Shown in pieces: positions 38,859 through 48,522 of a stretch of 64,000 nt of DNA. The position numbers and the translations under genes were made by a program. Source of the DNA: Desulfatiglandales bacterium (lineage in GTDB: Bacteria > Desulfobacterota > DSM-4660 > Desulfatiglandales > HGW-15); contig CAXXJJ010000004.1 of NCBI GenBank assembly GCA_963667015.2, forward strand, positions 2,240,001 to 2,304,000, given 5' to 3'. The notes under the pieces are model-generated. The model ran no database searches, was not told the origin of the DNA, and worked only from the letters and a program-made list of their open reading frames with translations. The stretch's first letter is position 1, and every line of letters begins with the position of its first letter.

Positions 38859-40679
38859 TTAAAAGGCCTGACCAATACTTATATACAACTGGAATGAATC
38901 ATCTATTCCATCTCTCCTGTTCAGCGGGAAGCCCGCATCAAACCTCAGAGGACCGATTGGAGTAAAATACCTGACACCTATACCCGTTCCCCACCTGATC
39001 TTTTCTTCCCGGTCAAACAGTTTTTCCGAATAGGCCGTGCCTCCATCCAGAAATACCACAAACCCGAATTTGCGTGTTGCCTTCAGCCTGGCTTCAACAG
39101 ACATTTCAATCAGTGCCTTCCCGCCAAGGGGAGTACCATCTGATAAAGGTCCTATGGACTGGTAGGGATAGCCCCTCACCGATCCCCCGCCTCCTGCATA
39201 AAATCTTTCATCAGCCGGGATGTCGCTCTTGCCGGCCCCCTTGATCATTCCAAGTGTGATACTTCCTGCCATAACCGTGAGCGGTTCTCTTAATATTCTC
39301 AGATAATGCCTGTATCTTATCAGCCCCTTATTGTAGAACAGCGAATCACCTGTCGGATCATAATAGGGTACATACCTGAGTGCAAGACGTCCTCCCCTTA
39401 CAGGGTCAAGCAGGTCATCACTATAATCCAGATTAAAGTAAAGGGGCATGGACAGGAGGGAATACCGGTCTTCAATTCCAAGCTGATCAATCTTTGATGT
39501 CTTAAAAACCATGCCTCCACTGGCATCCATCTTCTCCGATAAATCCCTGTCCAAAAAAGCCGACGATGAATAGCTGTCACTTATATACGCGTCAGTGTCT
39601 TCATGTGTTTTTTGGATGGAAAGGCGCAGGGTCTGTTCTTTCATAAAAAAGGCCGGCTTTTTAAAAAGGCCTTCAATGGTTGTGAGGTAGCTTGAAAAAT
39701 TGGAAAGGAAACCGAGTTTTTCACCGTGGCCGAACAGGTTTCTGTTTTCCCATGAAAATTTCACACCAGGCCCTTCATCCGTGTGATATTTTAGGCCAGC
39801 GCCGATAGAATTGTGTTTACGTTCAGTAACCTCGACTTCAACCGGCAGCATGCCGCCATCAGATAATTTTCCTTCCGAAATCCTTATGGTTGAAAACAAT
39901 CCGAGATCCATGAATTTTTTATAGCATTTGTTTATCAGATCTGGATCATAGACATCCCCTTCCTTCCAGGGAATAAACTTCCTGAGAAACGAATGGTCTA
40001 CTTTTTCAAGTCCCTTGAATTCCGTTTCTCCAAAATAACCCTTTTGACCGGGATTAATATCAAACTCAACCGATACAGACCGGGTTTTATGGTCTGCGGT
40101 GATATCCCTTTTTTCTACTGTCGGATAAGGGTATCCCTGCTTTCGGACAAGAAACAGCAGTTTTTCTTCACCTTCCAGAATTGTTTTTGACCGGTACGCT
40201 TCTCCCGGGGTCATACCAACCTTTGACATGTTAGGGATTTTAATATCGCTGACCTCACTCGGTGTGAAGCTGACATTTACAGAGGAGAGGGTAAAGGGTC
40301 TTTTGAAAGCAAAAAGAAAGGTGACTTCCCAGGGGCTTTTTGCTGTATCAATGGTTTCATTGATTTCAGTATCAAAGTATCCTTCGGATTTTAAAAATCT
40401 GGTAAAAAGCTCAATATCTTCACTGACACGTTTTCGGAGAATACCTAACGAACCCGCCGGTTTTGATGACATTTCACGGGTAGCGGACAGGTTTCTGATC
40501 TGATCCAGGAGCGTATCATCCTTTACTCCCTTAAAACTTACATGATAGCGGTCTATTTCAGCAGAGAAGGAATTATTACAATCAAGAAGAATGACAGCAT
40601 AAAATAATAAAAATATAGCCGCCAATAAAAAAAAGCCGTGATGAGAGATTTTTAGATTTGAACTGTCTTTTGTCTGCAT
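38859..40679 (-). CDS. tamA: TamA / Omp85 family outer membrane protein
   Basis: POTRA repeats; RFYAGGGGSVRGY, GVRYFTPIGPLRFD, terminal YISIGQAF. Confidence 0.93.
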   Translation of the reverse strand: MQTKDSSNLKISHHGFFLLAAIFLLFYAVILLDCNNSFSAEIDRYHVSFKGVKDDTLLDQIRNLSATREMSSKPAGSLGILRKRVSEDIELFTRFLKSEGYFDTEINETIDTAKSPWEVTFLFAFKRPFTLSSVNVSFTPSEVSDIKIPNMSKVGMTPGEAYRSKTILEGEEKLLFLVRKQGYPYPTVEKRDITADHKTRSVSVEFDINPGQKGYFGETEFKGLEKVDHSFLRKFIPWKEGDVYDPDLINKCYKKFMDLGLFSTIRISEGKLSDGGMLPVEVEVTERKHNSIGAGLKYHTDEGPGVKFSWENRNLFGHGEKLGFLSNFSSYLTTIEGLFKKPAFFMKEQTLRLSIQKTHEDTDAYISDSYSSSAFLDRDLSEKMDASGGMVFKTSKIDQLGIEDRYSLLSMPLYFNLDYSDDLLDPVRGGRLALRYVPYYDPTGDSLFYNKGLIRYRHYLRILREPLTVMAGSITLGMIKGAGKSDIPADERFYAGGGGSVRGYPYQSIGPLSDGTPLGGKALIEMSVEARLKATRKFGFVVFLDGGTAYSEKLFDREEKIRWGTGIGVRYFTPIGPLRFDAGFPLNRRDGIDDSFQLYISIGQAF

Positions 40680-41186
40680 AAGTATCCGATACCATAGAAT
40701 TTCAGAATGTTATTATTTACAGTTTAACACAGTTTAAATGCAAAACAAATTTGCAGGCATTTTTGCCTGTACCTGCATAACTATTATTAGACATTAAAAA
40801 GTTATGGAAGGTTCCGGGCAGGTATTTATGGCTGGAATTAAAGAGAGATTAATATAATGTCAAATTTTGAGCAGGTTCCTTCCGAGAAATCTGATCTATT
40901 ATACTTTTCATTAATATTAATCAGTAATAATCTCTGATTAGCACTATTCTCTCGGACACACTTCTTGATAGAAAGATAATATCTACTGACAAATGGAATG
41001 TGTATACTTATTGGAGTAATAGTCAGCATATAAGGATTATCTGGTTTATTTTCTGATTAAAATCAGATAGGTAGAGCATAAAATAAATCAAACAAGTCCA
41101 ATCACAGGATGTTGCTCATTTTTCAGTAATAAGTAAAGCATATAAAGCTAGTGTTTTCAGCTTGAGCATCTCCCTTTTCCCCCTCT

Positions 41187-42236
41187 TTATAAAGACTCTG
41201 CTAAGCGAATATTCAGCGCTGAGGTGATTCGTCTGAACCGACAAAAAAAACTACCACTTGTGGACCCTCCCATATGTAATCCAAGGACCTTGTTTTTTCC
41301 ACTAAGAACTAGTGCTCCGCTATCACCTACATTAGAACGGTAATCACATAGTACAAGATTTTTAAAGCCCGCTCGCTGCTCTTTTCCCTGCGCAGGGCTG
41401 CCTTGGAAATAGAAAGCAGTTTTAAAGCTTGTATCAGTGATTTGGCCTGACGTATAGTCTGTTGAACGTCCAACTTTATACACAGGTAAACTTTCTATTA
41501 TATTGCCAACTCCTAATGGTTTTACGCCAACCTCTCTTATACGGAAATCCCTTTCGATGGTTCCATCTATCAATGCAATTCCCGCATCGATTGAATTGGG
41601 GAATGACCGGATGTCCGAATCAAACTTTGGAGTTGTATATTTTTTGATCATTCCGATTTTGAAATTCTCTCGCCCAGTCTGATCATCTGTAGCAGGCTGT
41701 TCAACAATACCGCCCGACTCACGAAAGAAATCTGTCAGGACATGTGCGCTAGTCAGCAGGTAGAAAACATTTAAATCGTCGGGATTATTTGGAGTGACAT
41801 AACAACCGAATGTCCCAGTAACACCTTTGGCTCGGCTAATACTACAACCCGGCATTGGAGGACGGGCGTATGACGAGAATTTGTGCAGTTGAAGTTGTCC
41901 AATCGTTGTGACATCCGTCTCGATTATTCCAATATCAGGAATGGATATCCGTCGAGGTACAGGGTGTTTGATTTGGGATTTAGGTTTTTTCTTCCTCACA
42001 TAGATCTTCATCGCAAACTCTGGTTGCTGAAACCCTCCAGTGACTCGACGCGCAACACCGAATCCTTGAATACTTCTCTCATACATCCAAACTTTATTGT
42101 TCTCAAATAATTTAGTTACTGCTTGGCTTAGGCTATCAGTTCGGACTTCTTTCGGTAAACCTATGAGTGATCCTTCAGTAATAACATTCAATGCTATGCG
42201 GTAAGGTGCGTGTGTGTGTTTCTCTCGGCGTCTCAT
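41187..42236 (-). CDS. Trypsin-like (PA clan) serine protease, Nal1-like
   Basis: Triad motifs LTSAHVL, SIDAGIA, GDSGA; K.GRST..T.G; N-terminal GFGV...IYVRKK...P...TDV...RP..PG.SIS...GTFGC pro-region; no signal peptide. Confidence 0.82.
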   Translation of the reverse strand: MRRREKHTHAPYRIALNVITEGSLIGLPKEVRTDSLSQAVTKLFENNKVWMYERSIQGFGVARRVTGGFQQPEFAMKIYVRKKKPKSQIKHPVPRRISIPDIGIIETDVTTIGQLQLHKFSSYARPPMPGCSISRAKGVTGTFGCYVTPNNPDDLNVFYLLTSAHVLTDFFRESGGIVEQPATDDQTGRENFKIGMIKKYTTPKFDSDIRSFPNSIDAGIALIDGTIERDFRIREVGVKPLGVGNIIESLPVYKVGRSTDYTSGQITDTSFKTAFYFQGSPAQGKEQRAGFKNLVLCDYRSNVGDSGALVLSGKNKVLGLHMGGSTSGSFFCRFRRITSALNIRLAESL

Positions 42237-42249
42237 AGCTTAGCTTCCA

Positions 42250-44082
42250 TCATTTGTTATTCAATTCATCTATTTCTTTACGTATCTTTGCAAGATCTCG
42301 CTCCAATTCGAGTAAACGCAGTTGGATTTCCATTGCTGTAATTTCCAGTTCCTGACTGGAAGGGTCTTGTTTTATATCTTTAATTTCCTTGTGTAGGCTT
42401 TCTATACTCTTCGTAAGTTCAAGAAAATTTTTTTCTTGCTCCAGGTTCTTTATTGCTTTTTCTTGTTCTATTTCTACTAAAAGTTCATTCTGTTCTTTTA
42501 TAGCTTGAGTCAACTCTTTCTCTTTGTTGGTATAATTAATTTTCAGTTGAAGGATCTGGGTCGGGAGTTCCAACAGTGTCTTAGAGAGGTTCAGTGGAAT
42601 TTTAATGAATTCAAGAGCAGCACTGGGATATTCCGTCTGATACTCAACTAACACACCAGAATTCAATGTGATTGTGTGTGTCGTTTTCCCGAGTGGGGAC
42701 TTTTTTATTGGAACTTTTACAATTACGTTCTCGTCCGGCACAAGAAGGATAGACTCCCGCTTGGCGATCTCATATCCGTCGATTTTGGGGTTCTCTCGCC
42801 ATTCTTCATTCTTTTTTAAATAAGTCTCCTTTTCCTGCTTCTCTTTTTTTTTCTCTCTTTTAGCATCATATAGCGTAGTTAAAGATTTCTTAATGGTTTT
42901 AATAGAAGTCTCTAGACTATTCTTTTCCTCCTTTGATGTTTCCAGTTTTCTTGAAAGAAACTCAATTTCCACCGCATAGGTTTGATATGGAGGGGTACCT
43001 TGTGTTTCAGCAGCTTGTAATTCTTTTAACTTTTTCTCTTTTTTCTTAAATTCTTTGATTTTGTTTTCAATTTTTATCAACTCGTTTTCTTTTATCTTTT
43101 GCTCATTCCCCTTATCATTAATCTGCTCAGAAACCGATTTTAATTCTTTTTCAATTGATTTAATGGAATCTTTTGTTTCTGTAATACGCTTCTGATACAG
43201 GGCTGTAAGTTTCATAGACACGTTGATTGTTATCTTGATAGGGGTAAATACACGGGTATAGATTCCATTAAACAAAGTCTGGTCTTGGCCTTGTCTACCA
43301 TTGTCAGACTCCAAAAGGCCACCAGCATTTTTAGGTTTATTATCAGTGGTATTTTCATCTACATCTACAACGATATCTTCACCCTCAGGTCGATCGCCAG
43401 GTAGATCGGGTGATATAATTGAACCGAGAACGGCATTGGATCTGACAGTCAAAAAAAGCAATTCTTCAGTCCCGAGGATCTGGAGCGTTTCTTGCGATTC
43501 CTTGGGCAAGGTATATGAATGTAATCCTGGGGTGATAGATTCATAGGCTGCGATAATTTCTTTTTGAGTGGGCAATTCACCTTTCTCGTATTGCTTTCCT
43601 TCGGGAATACCACCAATCGCATTGAATGAAAATACATTGGTGGCTGTCGAAATCAGACTGGCAATAAATTCATTGGTTTTACTTTCGTCTTCAGTGGTGA
43701 TCAATGAAAGCATTCCATCCGTCAGTTTAATTTTATGTTTTTTTTGAAAAAAAGCATTTTTCACAGAGTCCAAAACGTAAAGCTGTTTGGGATCCGGAAC
43801 CAGTTTTGCGGAGGTATTTACTATAAGCTCTTGGTGTTTTCCATCATCATTTCGTTTGCTTTCAAATGATATTTCTAACAATGATGTTGGCAGAAAATAT
43901 GGGATGCCAATGGTAGAAGACTTCTTTCCATCCTTGTTATGCTCAAGGGCTGAAAGCACTGGGCGGTGTGTTGAGATTGATCTACAACTATTAAAGAACA
44001 AAACTGCAAATATATAGATAATAACAAAAATTAGACTTAACTTGCATTCGTTGATGTAAACTTTTGGTTTTTTCCTCATCAC
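42250..44082 (-). CDS. Putative lipoprotein with long coiled-coil segments
   Basis: GGAGG RBS; hydrophobic segment ending FNS-C (lipobox); GIPYFLP motif; K/E-rich heptads at about aa 298-430 and 517-610. Confidence 0.7.
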   Translation of the reverse strand: MMRKKPKVYINECKLSLIFVIIYIFAVLFFNSCRSISTHRPVLSALEHNKDGKKSSTIGIPYFLPTSLLEISFESKRNDDGKHQELIVNTSAKLVPDPKQLYVLDSVKNAFFQKKHKIKLTDGMLSLITTEDESKTNEFIASLISTATNVFSFNAIGGIPEGKQYEKGELPTQKEIIAAYESITPGLHSYTLPKESQETLQILGTEELLFLTVRSNAVLGSIISPDLPGDRPEGEDIVVDVDENTTDNKPKNAGGLLESDNGRQGQDQTLFNGIYTRVFTPIKITINVSMKLTALYQKRITETKDSIKSIEKELKSVSEQINDKGNEQKIKENELIKIENKIKEFKKKEKKLKELQAAETQGTPPYQTYAVEIEFLSRKLETSKEEKNSLETSIKTIKKSLTTLYDAKREKKKEKQEKETYLKKNEEWRENPKIDGYEIAKRESILLVPDENVIVKVPIKKSPLGKTTHTITLNSGVLVEYQTEYPSAALEFIKIPLNLSKTLLELPTQILQLKINYTNKEKELTQAIKEQNELLVEIEQEKAIKNLEQEKNFLELTKSIESLHKEIKDIKQDPSSQELEITAMEIQLRLLELERDLAKIRKEIDELNNK

Positions 44083-44431
44083 ACCCTCCTTTTGTGGTTT
44101 ATCGGAGTCTATTATCGGACAATTTACTAATCGAATTCAGGTTTACAATATCGATTACTTATTTCCTTTGATATTTTCTATGTTTTGTGACTTTACACTG
44201 CCCTTTCATAGTAATCTTCTTCTGGCTTATTCACTTTACATAAATAATTTTATCATTCTGAAAAACCAATTTCATATCGACCTCTTGCCATATTCTTTAA
44301 AATGGCTAAAGTTGAAGTTTCGATTATGTATAAAAAGGTCATTGCTGTTTTTTGAGTTATTTCTTAAGGACATTCTTTTCTCTGTATTTTAGTTATTTAG
44401 CGTAGCGCGCTTCGTCAGCCGATCTCAGAAT

Positions 44432-44980
44432 TTAGCATTTAGGGGCTCCGCGAAGTGAAATGAGTAATTCACCTGCTGGAGTGGGTTTCATAGATTCGAC
44501 CATATTTTTATTGTCTAAAGAATCATCAAATTTTAACCAGCCGCCTTTATACTTTGGTTCGATAAGACCTCCGTCCAAGAGGACATACATCCATCTCCGA
44601 AAATTCTCATCATTATGATAAATATATTCAGGCATACTACTGAGACTGTGGAGAATCTTATATGCCTGATCACATAATGAGTAAATTACCAGCATATTGA
44701 CTATTTTCTGCTGATTTAAAATATCATCCCCCTGATTCTTAACTGTATTCTCTAACAACTCGAACTTTAAACCTAAAATTTCTCCAGATTTAATGTGTTG
44801 ACGAAGAAATGGAATTATCCAGGGCGAAATTGTAATTATAACCAGAACAACTCCGACTGTATCTACCTGTAATTCAGGAACGAATAAATGAAGAATGGCA
44901 AGAATTCCAGAAAATGTGGTGATAAGTATCTTGGCTAGTAACTCTGCTGTACTAGCCTTTTGAATATTGGTGTCACACAT
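44432..44980 (-). CDS. Hypothetical protein, two N-terminal TM helices plus small soluble domain
   Basis: AAGGAG RBS; 182-aa ORF; hydrophobic aa 13-58. Confidence 0.7.
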   Translation of the reverse strand: MCDTNIQKASTAELLAKILITTFSGILAILHLFVPELQVDTVGVVLVIITISPWIIPFLRQHIKSGEILGLKFELLENTVKNQGDDILNQQKIVNMLVIYSLCDQAYKILHSLSSMPEYIYHNDENFRRWMYVLLDGGLIEPKYKGGWLKFDDSLDNKNMVESMKPTPAGELLISLRGAPKC

Positions 44981-45076
44981 ATAGCTTTTCTCCTTTCACT
45001 CTGTTTTGTATGTTTGTCCAACAAATTATTTATGGAATCCAATATTACAAATCGAATATTATTAAGAAAAAAAACA

Positions 45077-46909
45077 TCAGATTGATGTTCTTGACATTGC
45101 CACCACGCCATTTTTAGGGATATTAATGGTAATAGCGCATTCTTTTGAGTTGGGATTATTGAGGTAGTTACCCACGCCTGTCCCTCCGAACTCCTGCCCA
45201 TCACTGTTAAACACCTGACACCACTCTCCGGTTTCGCCGTTGGTTGGAACCATGTAATTATACATATCATTACCGCTATAATTTCCTGCAACAATCAATA
45301 CATCAGCATTCCATTTTCTTTTAAAAGCAAACCAGCCGAATGAAGGATAGTGCAGCCACTCAAAATAAGTATTCTTCTGCATCAACGGGTTATAACTTTT
45401 CTTGATATTGACCAAAGACTTAAACATGTTCTTAAACTGTGGGCCGGGAGTAACCTTTTCCAGCTCCCAGTTTAAAATATTCTCAAATCTAGCATCATTG
45501 TAGGCGCCTTCCATTGCAAATTCATCGCCCATAAAAAGCATAGGGATGCCAGGGACAAAAAAACTCAGAGCATATATCATCCGCGCTTTTTTCTGCGACC
45601 AGTAATCCCCCCGCCATCCTCCAAACTCACATACAGGATAATATTTATGAGGGGCATTGTTCCCATCCCACCAGCATTCATCATGATTATTGGCATAAAT
45701 AATTCGATTATGCGGCTCCTGATAATTGCCACCATTTATTGCGTCGGCAATCTCAAAATCATTGCCTCCGGCAAAAGGCCACAGGGCATCCTGTATTCTT
45801 TTATGAAAATTGAACCATCCGGAATCAAAGTTTTCGTACCGGATCATCCAATCTTCATAATCTCCGGAACCCTCTCCCCAATGCTCGCAAATAAGTATTT
45901 TATTTTGGAAGCGCTGTTTCAAATTCCATAGAATGCTTCTAAGTACTTCCTTCCCGCTATTCTCGCCGGAAGCGATATTTTTGTTTACAATTTGAGAGGT
46001 AAAGTCAAATCTCAGGCCGTCAAAATGCAGTTCTTCAAAATAATAATTACAGCTATCCTCTATATATTTTTGAACTTCATACCTTGACCAGTCAGGGGCC
46101 ATTCCAAAGTCCCCTCCGCTTTGATTGCCGGCCTTTTCACCGCTGAAATAAATATTCTCTTCTGTTGAATCATAGTTCCATAGCGGACCTGAGTCACCGA
46201 CCTGCCCTATATGATTGTAAACAACATCTGCAATCACCGCTATATTTCTTGAATGTGCCTCATTGATAAATTCTTTTAATTCATCATAGGAAGTGCCGTC
46301 CCCTTTAGTGCTTCCATATGATGACTCTATTGCAAAATAACTGACAGGGGAATAGCCAATATAGTTATCTCCATTGTATTCGTTAACAGGGAGCAATTCT
46401 ATTGTGTTTACTCCCAGGGACTGAATGTAATCCAGCTTGTTTTTTAGCTGCCTGAAATCCCCTTTTCTTTTATTGCTCCATTCGAAGTGGTAATTATTCC
46501 CATTCGGATCTTTCCAGTCGCTGTCTCCCCTTCCCGCATAGCACCCCTGAAAAATCTGATATATGACCATTGAATCAAATGCCGGAGGGATATAGTTCGC
46601 ATCGATCCAGTTGAATTTGGCAGGATCTTTATAAATTGAATAGGAATTGCTATACTGCATCGCTCTTGCATAGGGATCTATCCTGAATCTTGTTTCTCCT
46701 GATCTGAATGTTATTTTAAACCAGTAGCCATCGCCGTCCTTTAGAGGAAACGCCATTCCTGCCGGAAGCTCCCAGTAGGTATTCATTGATGTATTTTTGT
46801 AATTAACCGATGCCGGAACCATTTCGATAGCAGGAACAAATGATGTGTTATCACCTCTTACGAGTTCAATCTTTAATGCGTTTGGCGACCAAACAGATAG
46901 TTTACTCAT
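45077..46909 (-). CDS. GH13 alpha-amylase family enzyme (GlgB/TreZ-like), cytoplasmic
   Basis: VWSPNA, IELLPV, DVVYNH, FDGLRFD, ICEH, NHDE; GGAGGAG RBS. Confidence 0.88.
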   Translation of the reverse strand: MSKLSVWSPNALKIELVRGDNTSFVPAIEMVPASVNYKNTSMNTYWELPAGMAFPLKDGDGYWFKITFRSGETRFRIDPYARAMQYSNSYSIYKDPAKFNWIDANYIPPAFDSMVIYQIFQGCYAGRGDSDWKDPNGNNYHFEWSNKRKGDFRQLKNKLDYIQSLGVNTIELLPVNEYNGDNYIGYSPVSYFAIESSYGSTKGDGTSYDELKEFINEAHSRNIAVIADVVYNHIGQVGDSGPLWNYDSTEENIYFSGEKAGNQSGGDFGMAPDWSRYEVQKYIEDSCNYYFEELHFDGLRFDFTSQIVNKNIASGENSGKEVLRSILWNLKQRFQNKILICEHWGEGSGDYEDWMIRYENFDSGWFNFHKRIQDALWPFAGGNDFEIADAINGGNYQEPHNRIIYANNHDECWWDGNNAPHKYYPVCEFGGWRGDYWSQKKARMIYALSFFVPGIPMLFMGDEFAMEGAYNDARFENILNWELEKVTPGPQFKNMFKSLVNIKKSYNPLMQKNTYFEWLHYPSFGWFAFKRKWNADVLIVAGNYSGNDMYNYMVPTNGETGEWCQVFNSDGQEFGGTGVGNYLNNPNSKECAITINIPKNGVVAMSRTSI

Positions 46910-47332
46910 AATGCTCCTCCTTTTTTTATGATACCCAACTTTGCTGTTTAAGCCTGCAGGGTTTGGATATCACAGCGCTATTCAAGGTAATTTGAATTGC
47001 GCCTGCCAATAATGTTGGGGTAAATCACCATATTCACAACCTGAACAGCCATCAGAAAAACAGCTTAATGGCATACAGGCTGATCATAAAACAAGATACA
47101 CAGATGAATAAATAAAACATTAGTGATTCAATCCTTAAAAACCACGCAGAATTATGAGTTCAACTGAGTTCAATTTATGTTAAATATTGGATGAAATGGG
47201 AATTGAAATTGTTTTTTCGAGATAATACTTTAGAAAAATAGATACTTTGTGTCAATGCAAAATTATATGGCTATAAAAGATAAATATCTTAAACTGCCTT
47301 GATATTAATTATTTCTATGCGGTTTTAAATTA

Positions 47333-48449
47333 TTAACCCGGCAACAAAATACTTAACAAATGGATCGTATTTTGTTATAACACGATCATGGAAAAAATAG
47401 ACGCAAGGAAACTCAGCACTGATGCCCAACAACAAATTCGTAATCAAGTCATTCGACTCCGAAAACAGGGACGAACGCATAATGAGATCAGTGCCATTAC
47501 AGGAGTGAGCCGATCCATTTGCAGTACATGGTGGGCTCTTTATCAAAAAGAAGGTAATAAAGCCCTTAAAATTAAAAAGCGTGGCCGTCCAAAGGGCAGT
47601 TGCCGCACGTTGACACCTGATCAGGAAAAAGAATTGCAAAAAGCTATACAAGACAAATGCCCTGACCAAATGAAATTACCATTTGCTTTGTGGACACGCA
47701 TTGCCGTACAGCAACTCATCAAACAATTGTGGAATATAGATATGCCGATCAGAACTGTTGGCGAGTATCTGAACAGATGGAATTTTACTCCACAAAAACC
47801 ACTGAAGAAAGCCTATAAACAAAATCCAAAAGCAGTCAAAGCTTGGTTGGAGACAGAATACTCGGATATTTCCAAACGTGCAAAAAAAGAGACCGCGGAA
47901 ATTCATTGGGGGGATGAGACTGGATTGTGTAACGACAGTTACCATGGAAGAAGTTACGCTCCTCGTGGTGAAACACCGGCGATTAGGCTTCATCCCAGGT
48001 GCCAGCGCGTCAACCTGATTTCCTCTGTCACCAATCAAGGTAAAGTTCGTTTTATGGTTTATAAAAACAAGATGAATTCCCAAACGATGATCAAATTCAT
48101 GGAACGATTGATCAAAGATGCTGATAAAAAAATCTTTTTGATTGTAGATAATTTGAAAGTCCATCATAGCTATATTGTCAAAGACTGGCTGAAAGAACAT
48201 GAAGACAAAATTGAGTTGTTCTTTCTTCCATCATATTCACCGGAATTAAATCCTGATGAATACCTAAACTGCGACCTAAAGGTCGGTGTACATTCTGGTA
48301 TTCCAGCCAGAACAAAAAAAGAACTCAAGCAAAAAGCTATTTCTCATTTGAGAAAGCTTCAAAAACTACCTGGACGTGTTAAAAAATATTTTAAACACCC
48401 TAAGATTGCTTATGCTGCTTGATAGTCTCCTATTTAATTGCCGGGTTAA
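47333..48449 (+). mobile_element. IS630 family insertion sequence
   Basis: Terminal inverted repeats TA|TTAACCCGGCAACAAAATA and TATTTAATTGCCGGGTTAA|TA, with flanking TA at 47331-32 and 48450-51. Confidence 0.93.
47388..48422 (+). CDS. IS630 family transposase
   Basis: HTH N-terminus; WGDETG, IVDNLKVH, LPSYSPELNPDE (DDE); intact 344 aa. Confidence 0.96.
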   Translation: MEKIDARKLSTDAQQQIRNQVIRLRKQGRTHNEISAITGVSRSICSTWWALYQKEGNKALKIKKRGRPKGSCRTLTPDQEKELQKAIQDKCPDQMKLPFALWTRIAVQQLIKQLWNIDMPIRTVGEYLNRWNFTPQKPLKKAYKQNPKAVKAWLETEYSDISKRAKKETAEIHWGDETGLCNDSYHGRSYAPRGETPAIRLHPRCQRVNLISSVTNQGKVRFMVYKNKMNSQTMIKFMERLIKDADKKIFLIVDNLKVHHSYIVKDWLKEHEDKIELFFLPSYSPELNPDEYLNCDLKVGVHSGIPARTKKELKQKAISHLRKLQKLPGRVKKYFKHPKIAYAA

Positions 48450-48450
48450 T

Positions 48451-48522
48451 ATTAAACAGCATCCCATCTTAAGCGGCTTGCGAGTTTTTCCGCAAGTCTG
48501 CTTGATGCAAATGATGTTAAGC
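48451..48522 (-). other. attC-like imperfect hairpin downstream of the AlbA/ATPase gene
   Basis: Minus strand: GCTTAAC (R'', contains the gene's TAA stop) ...CATCAAGCAGACTTGCG-GAAAAACT-CGCAAGCCGCTTAAGATG... GTTTAAT. Confidence 0.55.

Noticed and set aside
40838..41029. 63-aa ORF at the island edge (likewise 44168..44392)
   Set aside because: No RBS or recognisable motif; probably spurious or a decayed remnant.
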